A DNA stretch of 63,793 nt, filler included, from Nemertoderma westbladi (taxonomy: Eukaryota; Animalia; Xenacoelomorpha), in NCBI GenBank assembly GCA_032718475.1. It is 3 parts of 3 records of this genome, joined end to end, with 100 filler letters (N's around TTAATTAATTAA, not from the genome) between each part and the next. Parts side by side here need not be neighbours in the genome. Positions count along the whole stretch, not along the records: positions 32,078 to 56,549 come from JAUCBJ010001389.1; 2 more parts are not named here. One strand, written 5' to 3'. This document shows positions 39,441 through 52,657 of this stretch, one piece after another (positions within the stretch are counted from its first letter, which is position 1; each line of letters begins with the position of its first letter). Both the position numbers and the translations under genes were made by a program. The notes under the pieces are model-generated. The model made no database searches. It was not told where the DNA came from and saw nothing but the letters and a program-made list of their open reading frames with translations.

Positions 39441-39743
39441 AAATATATTAGACTGTGGTGATGGGAATGTTAACCATACTGTATCTATAAAATATATTCC
39501 CTTTGGGATCTAAGTTCTTATCTTTTAGTTGTACCGGTACTCTGTACTGTACTGCTTTCTTATATATATATCTGAATGTGCTTTTGTCTATGTAAGTCTG
39601 CATGTGCTTTGTATGTACATTTTATTAACTGTATGTCTTATTGCTGTATTGCCTACCTATCATGAATATGGAAACATAGTGCAGAATTGCTTGACTCTGT
39701 ATTTTCAATTTTCTTCTGCTTGATTAGACTGCAATTCTCAACA
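39435..39743 (+). mobile_element. BEL/Pao 3' LTR (309 bp)
   Basis: PPT-like GGCCCGGGAGAA immediately upstream. Ends TGTTGAAAAT...ATTCTCAACA. The right end abuts an interrupted zinc finger. Confidence 0.8.
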
Positions 39744-40327
39744 AATTCTTTATTACAATAACCGCAATTATAATTTACATTTTTGTGGATTGAGTCGAAA
39801 TGTTGTTTTAGAACGTTTTTTCTAACAAATGATTTTCCACAATCAAAGCAGGTATACTTCAGTACTTAATATCTTTATGGATGAAGTCGATATGCATCTT
39901 AACAGAACTCTTCTTTAGAAACAGACTCTCACAATAATCGCATTTATACTTAGTGGTCTCTGTTGTTGTACAACTGATTGACGGTTCAGTCGCGTGGCAA
40001 TGATCAACGTTGTTACCCGAAGTACCAGCAACATTACATTGTTCATTACGTTGTACCGTTTTTCGACCACAAAAGAATCTCCAGATGGTTCATAAGAAAT
40101 ATCTTCGTCATCTAGAACTGGGACAGCATTTGCTGCACCGAACAAATGATGTTGTGATCTACGATGGTTGATGATCCGTAAACGCAGTTCTCTTGTTTAA
40201 TTTCCTAGGGATAGGGTGTGAAGTCTGTTGGTTCATTCTTCACAATTGTAGATTCTGTTGGTTCTTTCTTTATAATTATACCAGAACCAAATGATTTATC
40301 ATTCAATACAATATGTTGTTGATTCAT
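39744..40327 (-). pseudogene. C2H2 zinc-finger pseudogene interrupted by the BEL LTR
   Basis: Manual translation: MNQQH..IKKEP..VKNEP..(stop)EIKQE, two frameshifts, YKCDYCESLFLKKSSVKMHIDFIH, an 8-bp insertion, YTCFDCGKSFVRKNVLKQHFDSIH, then YNCGYCNKE cut by the LTR. Confidence 0.85.
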
Positions 40328-41173
40328 TATCAAATCTTTAATAAATAGTTATCAATAAATTGTATATATTAGTGTGGAATTAATTTCACACTACACTTAC
40401 TTAATCACCAGGCAGATATAATATCTAACTTTATATCGCAATGCGAAATTTAAAACACCACCACCCCCCAACCCCCCCCCCCCCCCCCCCCCCTCCTCTA
40501 GCTTTAAGCAAACCTATCAACCCTCTCGAAATCTATATATTGCAGGAATCAATAAGTCTCACATGACCTCCTTCTCAGATCAAACTTGAGAGAGCTTAAA
40601 AAATAAGTTATCTATCTATTTTAATATTTTCCTCGGCCGTTAGGCCAGGGATTACGTACAAAGCCTGACAACTTATTTTCTTACAGTGCGGTCCCCCCAG
40701 AACTATATGAATTCCTTTTAGTTAGTTTCAGTTAGTCTTTTAGTTGGTAGCGTTAGTTTCAGAGAGGGAGGGGGGGGGGTGTTATATTGACCACTATCCC
40801 CCTCGGGGTTTAAGGGGAATACCGGGGAAACTTAACATGCTGACATGGGCAGAAACTCCAGTACTAATTTAGCTACCATTTAAGGATGCAAGGCAGAGAT
40901 GCCTCGCTAAACCCTTCAAAGCATTCGTGACGAAACGAAAACTACATTGGCCCCCAGTCCGGGGTTGAACGCACAACCTCCTTGAGATGTGGATTCAATA
41001 TAACCACTACACAAAGGTATGGGCTCTGAACCAAGGTGGAACAAGTGTCAGATACCGTCAGATCAGATCAGATCAGATAAGGGCAGACGTTTTAGCCATC
41101 CTACACAACCTAAGATTTTGTTTACCTTACAATTTTCTAGGCATATACATTATACAATTTTTTTACAAAGTAA

Positions 41174-43316
41174 CCCTGCAAACAATTTACTTTCAAGGAA
41201 TGTCAGAAAAACATCATTAATTTGTTATAAATGTTGATAAATGTTATTCCCTTGTTTGATAGAATATTTAGATGTTCAATATATGTTATTTTAACATTAC
41301 TCTATAATGTCTTTGTCAGACATTAAATAAATGATAACTGTTGATGTTAAAAAAACGTAATTATAATGTGAGAACATAAACATTAGTCAAAAATGTTTTA
41401 TAAGTGTTTAGTTCTAACATTTTAAGAACATGGTTTGTTACATATCAGAACAATGTTATTTTGTCACATAAAATAAACATTATGCGATAGACGCTGTCAC
41501 TTCTATTATCCAATCTGAGATTGATGATTGGCTAATTTTAAAATTCGCGGTAATGGAGGAATTTTCCACATGTAAATGGTATACAGTATGGTATGTTGTA
41601 CAATACTCATTCTGTCATGCCTGTATTCAATGTTTATTGTGTATATGTATTGTTATACTGCTGTACTGCAAGGCCTATCTCTATATTACTGTAGTGTAGT
41701 TACTGCAGGCCTACTGCTCTGTACAGTAGCTTATATTTTTGGTTTTATAGTTTTGGTTTTGTGATTTATTTAACCTGAACTCATAAATAAAACATATCTA
41801 CCTGAATGCGAGTTAGCCTTTACCCTCTGGATTCACACATTACTGCATTAGACCTACCAATTACAGAATTCAAGTCTGCCAGGACCAGAAAGTCCCCTTA
41901 AACCAGAACTGACAGGTGGAGGATTGACTTATTTGTCTGTACTGATGGTGGATTTCAACAGCCGAGGACTAAAGATTGGAATTCTTATTATTGGGAGGTC
42001 CCAGTTTTCAGTTGAAGGGGCAGGGCACAGGGACAGCATTACTACAAAACTTTCGATTCGATTTCGATTTGAAAACTTCACATTAACTGTTATTACAAAC
42101 TATTTATTGTTTCAGTTTTTAGATTGTACTTTTGTAGGGCCTAGGCCTATTGATTTATTTTTACAGTTTAATAAATGAAGCTCACTCAGCTATAATTATA
42201 ATTAACATTTAATTTTTTAAATATGATTTGTTCAGATAGAGAGGATTTGCGATGCAATCAAAATCATCCCTCTCCAGGGAGATATCGATTCAAATAAGTA
42301 CTGATTACTCTCCCAGAAATAAATCTGTAACCTGTTTTTTTTTGTTTACCCGTAGGATATAATAATGTGCCTCTGTAGCCAACTGTAACCTGCTCCTTTT
42401 AATAATTTAACATTGTTGTGAGGTATTATTTATTAAACCCACTATGTACATTATTTTATATAGTCTACAAATTAGATCTATAAATCTAGTGAATAATATT
42501 AACTCAAAGTATTTTAATTGATGCAATTCATTACGTTGTTGTCACTTATTATTACGTCATAAACATATTCTTTTTAAGTCTGTAATTAACTTTAACCGAA
42601 ATATCAAAACCATTTACATAATGGGCCATACAGCCATATATTTGTTGTTTTACTTATTCTGCGATATTTTACTTTGATTTTGCTGTTTATTTCATTATTT
42701 GTTCCTGACTGGTCATTATACAAAAAATTCAATTCATGTTAAACGTTTTAATTGTTATTAATTTGCATACAATTGCCTACAACAAAATTGTATTCAATCA
42801 AACTGTGTTAGAGATTGTAGCCTGCCACTACCATATCAACATGCATAGGGAAATTATTAATTAATTATTCAATAAAGGGTTTGGCAATTATAAAGAACGA
42901 TATAAGGAACGGCAATGGAGGGGGATTATTAGTTTGAGCAAGCGAACCAACCATAAAACATGAGAGAAGGGCTTAAATGTACGTATAATGTTACGTTTTT
43001 AGCAAACAATATTTTTATGTTAAGAAATAACATAAAATTAACGATCTAAATAAACATTACGCCGTTGTTATTTTAATGTCAATAAAAACACAATAATAAT
43101 GATGAGGAATAACATAAAAGTAATGATATATGTAACCATCCTGGCTTTGTTATTTTAATGTTATTAAAAACGAAATAATAACGTTAGTATATAACGTCAT
43201 ATTTCTTGGCCAATTTACAGTTTTTTTACCATTAATCTAACAATTTGAAATAATGTTATCTATGTCATTAAATAACATTTTAATAACAGCTTTTTAACAA
43301 TACATTGTTTGCAGGG
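41174..43316. mobile_element. CMC/EnSpm-like non-autonomous element (2143 bp), present only in duplicate copy 2
   Basis: 13-bp TIR CCCTGCAAACAAT and 2-bp TSD AA. Empty site GT-AA-CCTG at ~33676-33683. Confidence 0.8.
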
Positions 43317-44524
43317 AACCTGACTTCCTGACTGCAGACAGGCAGACCTAGTGCAGTACCGGTAGTGTGTAACTTCTGAACTTAGTTGGTTAGTTCTGTG
43401 GTTGGTCACAGACTGTTACTCACAGTAATCTGGTAATTAGGGCTCGATCGGAGTTGGGATTTGGCCGGAGCCGGAGCAGGAGCCGGAGTTGGACAATTTG
43501 GCCGGAGCCGGAGCCGGAGTTTTTCAAAAATTTTAAAAATTTAATTATTTATTTAAAAAAAAATAAAGTTTGGTTATCGTTCGCCAATCGCTCATAATCA
43601 ATCATACTGTCAGACTGTAGGTATAATTAATTTCATAATTTATAGATTTACGAATTTTCAATTTAAAATTTAAGTAATTAATTTATCACTGTATCATGGA
43701 CAGACGGCCTGACGCTGACGGCGACGGCCTGACGGCTAAAAATTACCTACAGTACCTACCTCCCTAACTGTCTAACTGTGGTAGAGGTTGGAGGTGTGTA
43801 CTGTAGGTAGCCTACCGTACGTGTACCAGTAGGCCTACTGCAGTACAGTACTGTGCAGTATGCTGGCATGACAGCAGTAAATTGCTGCAGTGGTACTGTC
43901 TGACAATCAGACAGTGTACAATCATAGCATTTACAATTTTTTAAAGTAGGGCCTATCTGTAATCAGGTAATAGTCTGCTAGTCAGCTAGCTGGCCAGTAC
44001 CAGTACTGCAGTACAGTCAGTCAGTCATTGACTTTAAGTAAATACTGCAGTATTATCAGATTATACTTGATATTGAAGCTGTAGGCCCTACTACAGTACT
44101 TATAGTGTTAAATAATTGTTCAGATTAGAATATGCACGAAATATAATACTTTATTAAAAAATTAACTCCGGCAATATTTTTACCGGAGCCGGAGCAGGAG
44201 CCGGAGGTGCCAAAATGGCCGGAGCCGGAGGCCGGACTGCCGGAGCTCCGATCGAGCCCTACTGGTAATTGAGTAATATGACAATGATTGACATGGTTAG
44301 AGTTACATTTCTACAGTTTTAATTAGAGGTGAGGCCGTCACTTCTGTAACCTGCGACGCTACGAGTTTCATACAGTTGGCCCTATCTGCCTATAGGCCTA
44401 CTGCATACAGCTAGGCCAAGGACTACTGAAGCAAGGACTGGCACACGGTAAATCCAGACTTCGCTAGCGAAGGCCATGTTGTTTATGTTACCGGCGGTAA
44501 CCAGTTTCAATGATAAACATCAGA

Positions 44525-46118
44525 ACACGTTCGTGGGGCCTTCGCGCAGCACGAGGCCCAGTTATGAGATACAAATTAAAATTGAGCGACTGTATCACAA
44601 AATCAGGTTTTGAGAAATTTACCCACACCACCAATCAATCAAAGAAAGGGGGACAGTACGTGTTCACCCCTTTTAATCCCCCCCCCCCCACCCTTCCCAA
44701 CCACCAATACATAACCGCGACATCTACCACCCACGGAAGGGTAGCACGAACTTATTTCCAATCGCACGTTCAATATGCAAAGCCAGGTGGTTTATAGGAA
44801 TATAATAAACGCAGTACTCGTATTCATTATAAGCCTCGTTGCGTTCGTCCTGTTTTGTATTTAAATATATTTCTTAAACGCAGGCTAGGACGTTCTTTAT
44901 AATAATAATAACTAGGGATGCGATCAATATGTGAAGCCAGGTGGTTTATATAATAATTTAGTCAACGCAGTACTCGTCTTCATTATATGCCTCGTTGCGC
45001 TCGTCGCTTGTCCTGTTTTGTTATAAAATATTTTTCCTAAACGCAGACTGACGATCTTTATACAGTTATAACTATGCGAAGTTTCGAAACTGTGCGAGTA
45101 ACTGTTGATACATCTATGTGGATATGTGTGATATGTGGAGATGTGTGATACAACGCCAACGCATCTTATGCCGATGTAGTAATATGGGTATTGAAATAAT
45201 ATTAAATTAATGTACACTCTTAAAGCTGCAGCGAAAAAATGTAGCTAATTTCCTAGGTTACATATAAAATAATAATATTATTTTTAAGAACATTAATTTT
45301 ACTACTTTGCAAAAATTCAATTATAAAATAACCAGACATATACTGTACATTGTGGAATAAACTATTTCAGAAGCCTACACAACAGCCATGCCATGGATAG
45401 TATTTATGTTATGATATCTGTCATTCACCTGAGATAGCAATACAACATTTATAGTGAATTTAAAGAATGCTGTCTGGGCTGGAATAGCAATACTGGTTGT
45501 CTATTACTATTCCTCTCTGGTTAGTCTTAGCAACAACTCCCAGCCAGCAGCAGAGACTTGACCAATAATCATTCCCAGCAACTGGGAATGACACACACAT
45601 CCCATCTATGTACCAGCATGTTGGCCAATAAATGAGCAGTATTTAATGAGAATAAATTTTTTTTGCCGTTTTAATTACTTTAGATCAATTAAAGACACAA
45701 TTATTAAAGCAAATCACTTGAACTAATTAAAAACTATAATAGAATGGCGTATGGGGATTACATCTGTATAATTTTTAATTATAATTATTTAAATCTTATA
45801 CTGTAAAACAATTAATTTCCTTTAAAAGGCAGGTTGAAAATGGTGTTTTTACCGTAATAACTTAATTAACTAATTAACTGCTATTATCTTAGCTTCTCGA
45901 AGGCCACACTGAAATTCTACTTGGAAAATTTCTAAACTTTTGCCAAACAACATGTGTACCAAGTTTGGATAGATTTCATCAAAGATTGGCCGAGTTATTA
46001 ACGTTTAAAATTGAACACGACAGAACGACAGAACGACAGAACGACAGAACGACAGAACGACAGGTTGATTAATGGTACCACTACGCTAAGGCTCACTCAC
46101 TTCGTGGCTCGCCCCACA
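44525..46118. mobile_element. ACA-flanked Helentron/HINE-like element (1591-bp insertion), present only in copy 2
   Basis: Empty site CAGA-ACA-TACAC at 34890-34901. The filled site has ACA on both sides. Confidence 0.85.
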
Positions 46119-48805
46119 TACACATTTCTGGGGTGAAAAATTATGTAGAATCTATTTCTTGTATTAGTTTTTCAATTCTGCAATTACCTGTTGCTTTCAT
46201 GTTTCATTTTAATGTTTCTTAATAATGTAGAGTAGCTGTATAGTGTATATCTGTATAGGCCCTACTGGTATAGGCCTAATTCAAGTAATCCTCCGAAGTG
46301 GCATAGCACAGTCAGACAGTAGCACAAGCATGTACCAACGACATTTCGCCACACCGTCAGACCGTAACTACTAATTTGATTATTAGTAAATGGATTGCCA
46401 CATTGATCGGATCGCCTTTCTCGAACAGTCTAAGGGTGAAGGTGAAGGGTAGAAAACGGTAATCTGTATCACCCACTGGCAGACTGCGAGAGTTTCCCGA
46501 GGATGTTCCGCAAATCAAGGTAGCCGGTTCGGTTCCCGGTTGGGTCGTTGCATTGAAACCAACTGTTACACCAAATGAATTTCCCAGAATACCAGCAACC
46601 TGTATACCTTCGACGCCACGTCAAACTCCGTCTGTTGAAGAACGACAGATTAGCTCATTGAACTCTAAGGACTTCTGGACTTGGTAGCTGGGTTCGTTGA
46701 ATTTGATGCTGGGATCTACGGATCTACTCCTGGCATCTGGGTGCACGATCTACTATGGACTGCAGATCGTCTGTCGTTGCGTCACTGCCTGGGACCAAAT
46801 AACCAACTGTCCATTGGTCGCAATTGAGATAACGCAATTCTGCAATTGAGAGAAGTTGTGGCAACGGTGAAAAGAGACACAGATCCACGAAGCGCTATAG
46901 GGTACCTCCAGAAGGCCCGCGAACTTATTTGGAAGGTCGTCGACTCTGGGAATTCGAAACAACAGAGTCAGTTGGAGTACATTGTTCAAAGACATACTCA
47001 ACAAAGGTTTATTATATGGTCGCATCGCAATCCAAGGCTATTCATTAACCCTATCTGGCCCGGGCCATTTTACAACGTAAGAAATAAATTTCAAAAATTT
47101 AAATTAAAGTTTCATTAATTATTAAATTAATTAATTAAAATTAAAATAAATTTCAAACGCCAAAAATCGAATTTGGTTGGATAATACGATATTTTTGAGT
47201 GTCATATTCGTGTTCAGCGCCCCAGAAAACCCATAATGTCCAAAAATCAGGTTGATTTGGTGATGATTTTTGATTATGAAATTTGTGCTGCTTTGTATTT
47301 TCGTGCCGCACATTGACACATATCCAAAATTACCATAATCAACAATGTACGATATATTTCAGTGTCATATTCATGATCAACATCACAAAAAACCTATATG
47401 ATCATAAAATCAATTTGATTGATTTTGTGTTGTGGTGATTCTTCATTATCATATTTGCGCTACTTGTTTATTTTGTGCCTCAGAGGCCACATTCAAAATT
47501 GCCATTTGAAAAGCAAAGTTACTTAATCTATTTAATTAATAAAGAGCCCATATCAGGGCCATTGATGTGTTTTCTGGAGTGGGAATATTTGGTCGGCAAT
47601 CATAATAATAAATAATATAAATAATAACTGAATAATGTAATAACATAGGCCTAATAACATAATACTGTAATAAGCACCTGATAGTAATAAAAAGTACGGT
47701 ATTATATAAAGTGATAATATAAAATACCTAAATAAGGCCTATAAAGTAATTATAAAATAATGAAATTTGTTGTGCATCTTTAAACAAATAATAAAATAAT
47801 AGATATAAAGTAAATAACGGCACCTGATAATGAAGGACTTCAAAAGGACATAACAGCATAACGAAAGGGACTACATAATTTATAAACACAAAAAAATATA
47901 GAAAATAATACATGAAAGCAACAGATAATTGAAAAACTAATACCAGAAATAGATTCTCCATAATTTTTAACCCCAGAATGTGTATGTTTATCATTCAAAT
48001 TGGGTACAGGTAACATAAACAACATGGCCTTCGCTAGTGAGGTCTGGATTTACCATATGCCAGTCCTTGCTTCAGTAGTCCTTGAGCTAGGCCTAGAAAA
48101 TCTGTCTACCAAACAGATTTTTCCCGAAATTTAATAGGCCTACAATATACAACTGTTGCCTAAACTGCTAAACCACACTAACAATTTTCAGCTGAACAGT
48201 GTTAATTTTTTGTCACCTATTAATTAATATAATAGCTGAATAATAGGTAGTCAGGTAGTATACCGTAATACAATGTTCGATACTTACTTATATATTCCAC
48301 TACTTTTACGTACTTACGGTACCGGACCGGTTTGCATTGCATAGTATTAGTACAGGTAGTATTACAAGGTGTAGTATTAATTTATATTTAATGACCCATC
48401 TTCCCACTTCCCATTTTGTACTTATTAGTTGCTAGTTATGTCGTTATGGTCATTGAAATATCTGAATATAGGTGGTGTACCGAGCACCGCAGACAACACA
48501 CATTAATTATTTTATCTACAAGTACAGTACAGATGTACCTACGTCAGTACGTCTGTACGTTATCCAGTATTTCAGCATTAAGGAATATCTAATTTAACCT
48601 AAATTTTTTAGACACTGTTGTACAGTATTTACACTTAGGCGTACCTACCTATATCTAAATTACTATATTTAAGTCTATCGGTAGGCCTATCTGCCTATAC
48701 TACTATATTGTGTGTAAAGCCCGGTTCAAAGGTACACTTCAGTGACAGCGCTGTTTAATATTAAGATTTTAATTTGCAAAGATGATTTATTTATGAAATT
48801 AAAAG

Positions 48806-50173
48806 ATGTCGTATACTAATAGTACCCTGAAAACAAGCTCCGAACAATTTCTTGAGATTAAACATCTTTCGGAAGACACAAACTTTTCTATGTCAGTTTC
48901 TAGATCAACAGAATCCCGTGAAGTACCACTTAACGGTAGACCTAATAATTCAGAAATCAACAATAAAGGCGTGGAGGTAAAATGTAAAAGGATTAAAGAA
49001 GAACATAGTAATATTTCGGATACCCTTGAAGAAACAGTTACGGAGGTAGAAGGAGTCAACGGTGAAGTTATAGAACCATCTGAAGATGTTGTAACAGGCG
49101 GCGTAAGAGATTCAATAACAGTTTTAAAAATCAAAACAGAATCGATGGATACGGGTGATGCCCTTGAAGAAACAGACGGTGAAGTTATGGAACCATCTGA
49201 ATATGTTGTAACAGACGGAGCTAGTGGTTCAATAAAAGTTGTGAAGGACGCTACTGAAATTAGTGAAAAGACAACAAAGAAAAGCATTTCAAAGAAACAC
49301 AGCAAATCCGTTAATAAGGGCATTAGATATAAGTGCGATGACTGTAATAAAATGTTATCAGGGAAAGGAAATCTAAAATATCACATAGAGTCAGTTCATA
49401 AACTTATTAGATATCATTGCCATCGCTGTAGCAAAAAGTTCGCATGTACAGCTTTTCTAAAAAAGCACATCGAATATGCTCATGAACGTATTGGTTATAA
49501 TTGCCCGGATTGTGGTAAAAGCTTCTTACAAAAGGTCAGTCTGAGGAAACACAAAGAAGTGGTTCATAAAGGTATCCGACATAAGTGCGATATCTGCAAT
49601 AAAATATACACGGCGGAAACAAATCTAAGGAGACACATAAATTCAGTTCACAAAGGTATAAAATATAGTTGCGATGGCTGTGATAAATTGTTCAAACTAA
49701 AGACGAGTCTAAAATTGCACGTTGAAACAGCCCATAGAGGCATAAAATATGATTGCTATCATTGCGGTAAAATGTTATCATCTATTGGGTATCTAAAGAC
49801 ACACATAGAATCAGCCCATAAAGGTATCCGTTATATTTGCGACATCTGCAATAAATTGTACACAGAAAGAAGACTTCTAAAGACGCACATAGAGTCAGCA
49901 CACAAAGGTATTAAATATAGTTGCGATGACTGTGATAAATTGTTCTCTCAAAAGGGAAATCTGAAGAAACACATAGAAGTAGTTCATAAAGGTATTACAT
50001 ATAATTGCTATGATTGCGACAAAGTATACACTGAGAAAAGTTATCTAAAGAAGCACATTCAATCTGTACATAAAGGTATTAGATTTAAATGCGATTACTG
50101 CGAAAAAACATACTCGGCGAAGGCACATCTAAATCGACACGTGAAATGTGGTCATAAAGTTGACAGAGTATAA
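48806..50173 (+). CDS. Intronless tandem C2H2 zinc-finger protein, 455 aa, 10 fingers
   Basis: Ten C-x2-C-x12-H-x4-H units at 28-aa period with mostly HKGI(R/K)Y linkers, and an acidic N-terminus containing IKEE/IKTE motifs. Confidence 0.92.
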   Translation: MSYTNSTLKTSSEQFLEIKHLSEDTNFSMSVSRSTESREVPLNGRPNNSEINNKGVEVKCKRIKEEHSNISDTLEETVTEVEGVNGEVIEPSEDVVTGGVRDSITVLKIKTESMDTGDALEETDGEVMEPSEYVVTDGASGSIKVVKDATEISEKTTKKSISKKHSKSVNKGIRYKCDDCNKMLSGKGNLKYHIESVHKLIRYHCHRCSKKFACTAFLKKHIEYAHERIGYNCPDCGKSFLQKVSLRKHKEVVHKGIRHKCDICNKIYTAETNLRRHINSVHKGIKYSCDGCDKLFKLKTSLKLHVETAHRGIKYDCYHCGKMLSSIGYLKTHIESAHKGIRYICDICNKLYTERRLLKTHIESAHKGIKYSCDDCDKLFSQKGNLKKHIEVVHKGITYNCYDCDKVYTEKSYLKKHIQSVHKGIRFKCDYCEKTYSAKAHLNRHVKCGHKVDRV

Positions 50174-52024
50174 TTATATATTGATTAGATGACGTTCCGC
50201 TTTTTCAGTTACGTTGGCAGAACCCCACTCTTAAAGTTAGAGTTGGCGGCGGTATATCCTTATGGGTTTGTTTTCTTATTACGTTCTGATTCGCTTTTAA
50301 CTGTTAGTATTAACTGTTAGTATCTTGTAAGCCTATCTGTCAATAAGTTATATTAATAATTACAAATATTTTATATGGTTATACACTACTGTAGTATTGT
50401 AAGTACGAATAGTCAATCCAAACGCATGTGTTGTATTGACGCTTGATGTCGTGTATTCTATTTAATTTAATTACAATAGATATTATAATAATATATAACT
50501 TTTTTTACGCATATGATTATTTCAACCTCCTCACGGGCGTATTCATCGGTTATTGGAAAACACTTAATTGAATACACAATTTGACATGGAGTTACAAGTA
50601 AGGTCAATTCAAATCAAATGGGAGTGGGGGTGGGGCGGGGCTTATGTCAAAAGTTTACTATATTTTGTATACCTGTAACTAAGAGAGCATAACGTCACAG
50701 CACAGTGTCAGAGCGGTTACCGTGTCTATCTGCTTTCACAGTAGTGTTTGTCGGAAAATGTTCATTTCAGGGTAAAGGAAGAGGAAATTTCGCACCGTGT
50801 TGTTTCCTTTGGGGTCTTAGTTCACCTACCAGGTGTGTGGATCAATGTTTCTCTCAAAAATTTCTACAAAAAATAAACAAGCAATTGGATATAACCTAAA
50901 TCCATCTTCATTAAAATCTGTATTTCTCTTCAAATCTGTATCGCGTTGAGGACGGCATACTAAACATCATAGATATAAGAGTAGGCCTAAGGGCTAATTT
51001 TATTCGGCAATAATATTCCAACCTATGTGCCACAAAAAGGCTTCTGCAAAAATCTGCCATGACCTTTTGAAGTCAAAATAATAGTTAAATGTGTCTCATC
51101 CACAACATTTGTAAAAAATAAACTACGTTAGTACTATAATTTACGAACATTATACTCAAAGAGTAGCTCTTTAATATTATGTGGTATATGTCCAACTTAC
51201 GTTTTAAAGTGAAAAAAATAAGGATTGATCTATTTTTAGGCTTTTATTTTAGCTTTTTCTGTGCAAAAAATTGTCATGCTAAATGTCCAATCTGAAACAT
51301 TCTTCATAATAATTATAATAATTTATGATCTAATAAAGATTTATAATTGGTTTTGGGAGCATTTATTTTTTGGTGTTGAATAATAAATTGTTTTCGGTGT
51401 TGAATAATTTATTTTGGTGTTTGAATAATTGTATTTGGGGGTGACTTTATTTTAGTTGGTGTTGAATAATTCTTTTTGGTGTCACATTATTTAAATTGGT
51501 GTAATATAATTTTTTTGGTGAAATTTTCATCGATTTTGGTATGACTCTAATTGGTATAGCCTTTATATTTTTTCTCTAAGACATTAACCCTACTACCGGT
51601 AATTAATAAGTAATAAAAAAAGTTGACATATATTGGCCCATCCGCAACGGATGCGGATGTCCCACCCGCAACGCCTACATTAAGGTACAGTATATGATAC
51701 TCACTTATCAGCCAATGTATGATGTTATGTTTTATATTATCGTAATATTTGTGATCTGAACAAGTTACTGATTTAAATTTAACTTGGAAATCCTTCAGCC
51801 ACATTATTATCAGTCAGTCTCCAAGAAGCATAATGATTGAGGTCAATTTTGTACAATAAAATTGAAACAATTATGACTTTGAATTATGACTTTTTCAATT
51901 ACAATGAAACAATTGAAACTTATTGGAACAATGATGGGTTACGGAGCTCAACAAATTGGAACAATATGTATGTATGGTATGCCAGTGAAACAAATTTGAA
52001 ACAAATTAGGAGGGCGGTAATGAT

Positions 52025-52138
52025 AGCCTACCGGAAGAATTGGAACAATGATGGGCTACGGAGCCTACCGGAAGAATTGGAACAATGATGGGCTACGGAG
52101 CCTACCGGAAGAATTGGAACAATGATGGGCTACGGAGC
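52025..52138. repeat. 37-bp tandem repeat x3
   Basis: AGCCTACCGGAAGAATTGGAACAATGATGGGCTACGG at 52025, 52062 and 52099. Confidence 0.9.
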
Positions 52139-52657
52139 TGCCTGGGTTGTTTGTCTGAACCAGTGGTGGCACGGATGAGAGGGTAAGAAATGGGGAAGGA
52201 TCTAAAAATAGCACCCAATAGGACGCTTCTCTAGCTTCTTGCAATACTAGTTGCTACCACCGGGACCAGTACCTTGCTTGGCCTCTAGGCTGGTATAAAT
52301 AACCCTTATTCTCGCATGCGAATATAGGAATTATTGAATTGATTAATGTTTTAGATCTGGGGCCGGTTGTATAAAACCGACTTATCTCTAAGTTCGACTT
52401 AACTTTAAGATAAGTCCATTACGTTAACTAAGTCAGTTGCAAAAAAAGTGTTAAAATATAAGTGGGACTTAAATATATAACTTAAGTCATAAAAGACAAG
52501 GTAGGTAGGGGGGGGGGGGGGTACCTTAAGTGCGATAAGTTTCACTTAAAATTTGAGAACGGCCTAGGGTTTACATAGTTGGGATAGCAACACTAAGCTT
52601 ATTGAAGTAATACTGTAGAAGTTCCAGTTGGGAATCGATGTCTTAGTACAAACAATA

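Larger units (their letters stand above)
32078..48985 (+). repeat. Recent tandem segmental duplication (copy 1 32078-37762; copy 2 from 39571 to ~48984, with two extra TE insertions)
   Basis: Identical ORFs recur at offsets 7493/7494 and 11222. Direct alignment gives offsets 9639/9631 in between. The offset jumps equal the insertion sizes (2145 and 1591). Confidence 0.92.

Noticed and set aside
32078-39743. A complete LTR element with two LTRs enclosing captured ZNF genes
   Set aside because: Identity extends kilobases beyond the LTR, and both LTR copies have the same right flank. This is a tandem duplication, not a 5'/3' LTR pair.
48799-49323. 174-aa antisense ORF, and likewise 39143-39406 and 58844-59053
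   Set aside because: Shadow ORFs opposite real coding sequence.
52025-52138. CRISPR-like 37-bp repeats
   Set aside because: Head-to-tail with no spacers, no cas genes, and a eukaryotic context.
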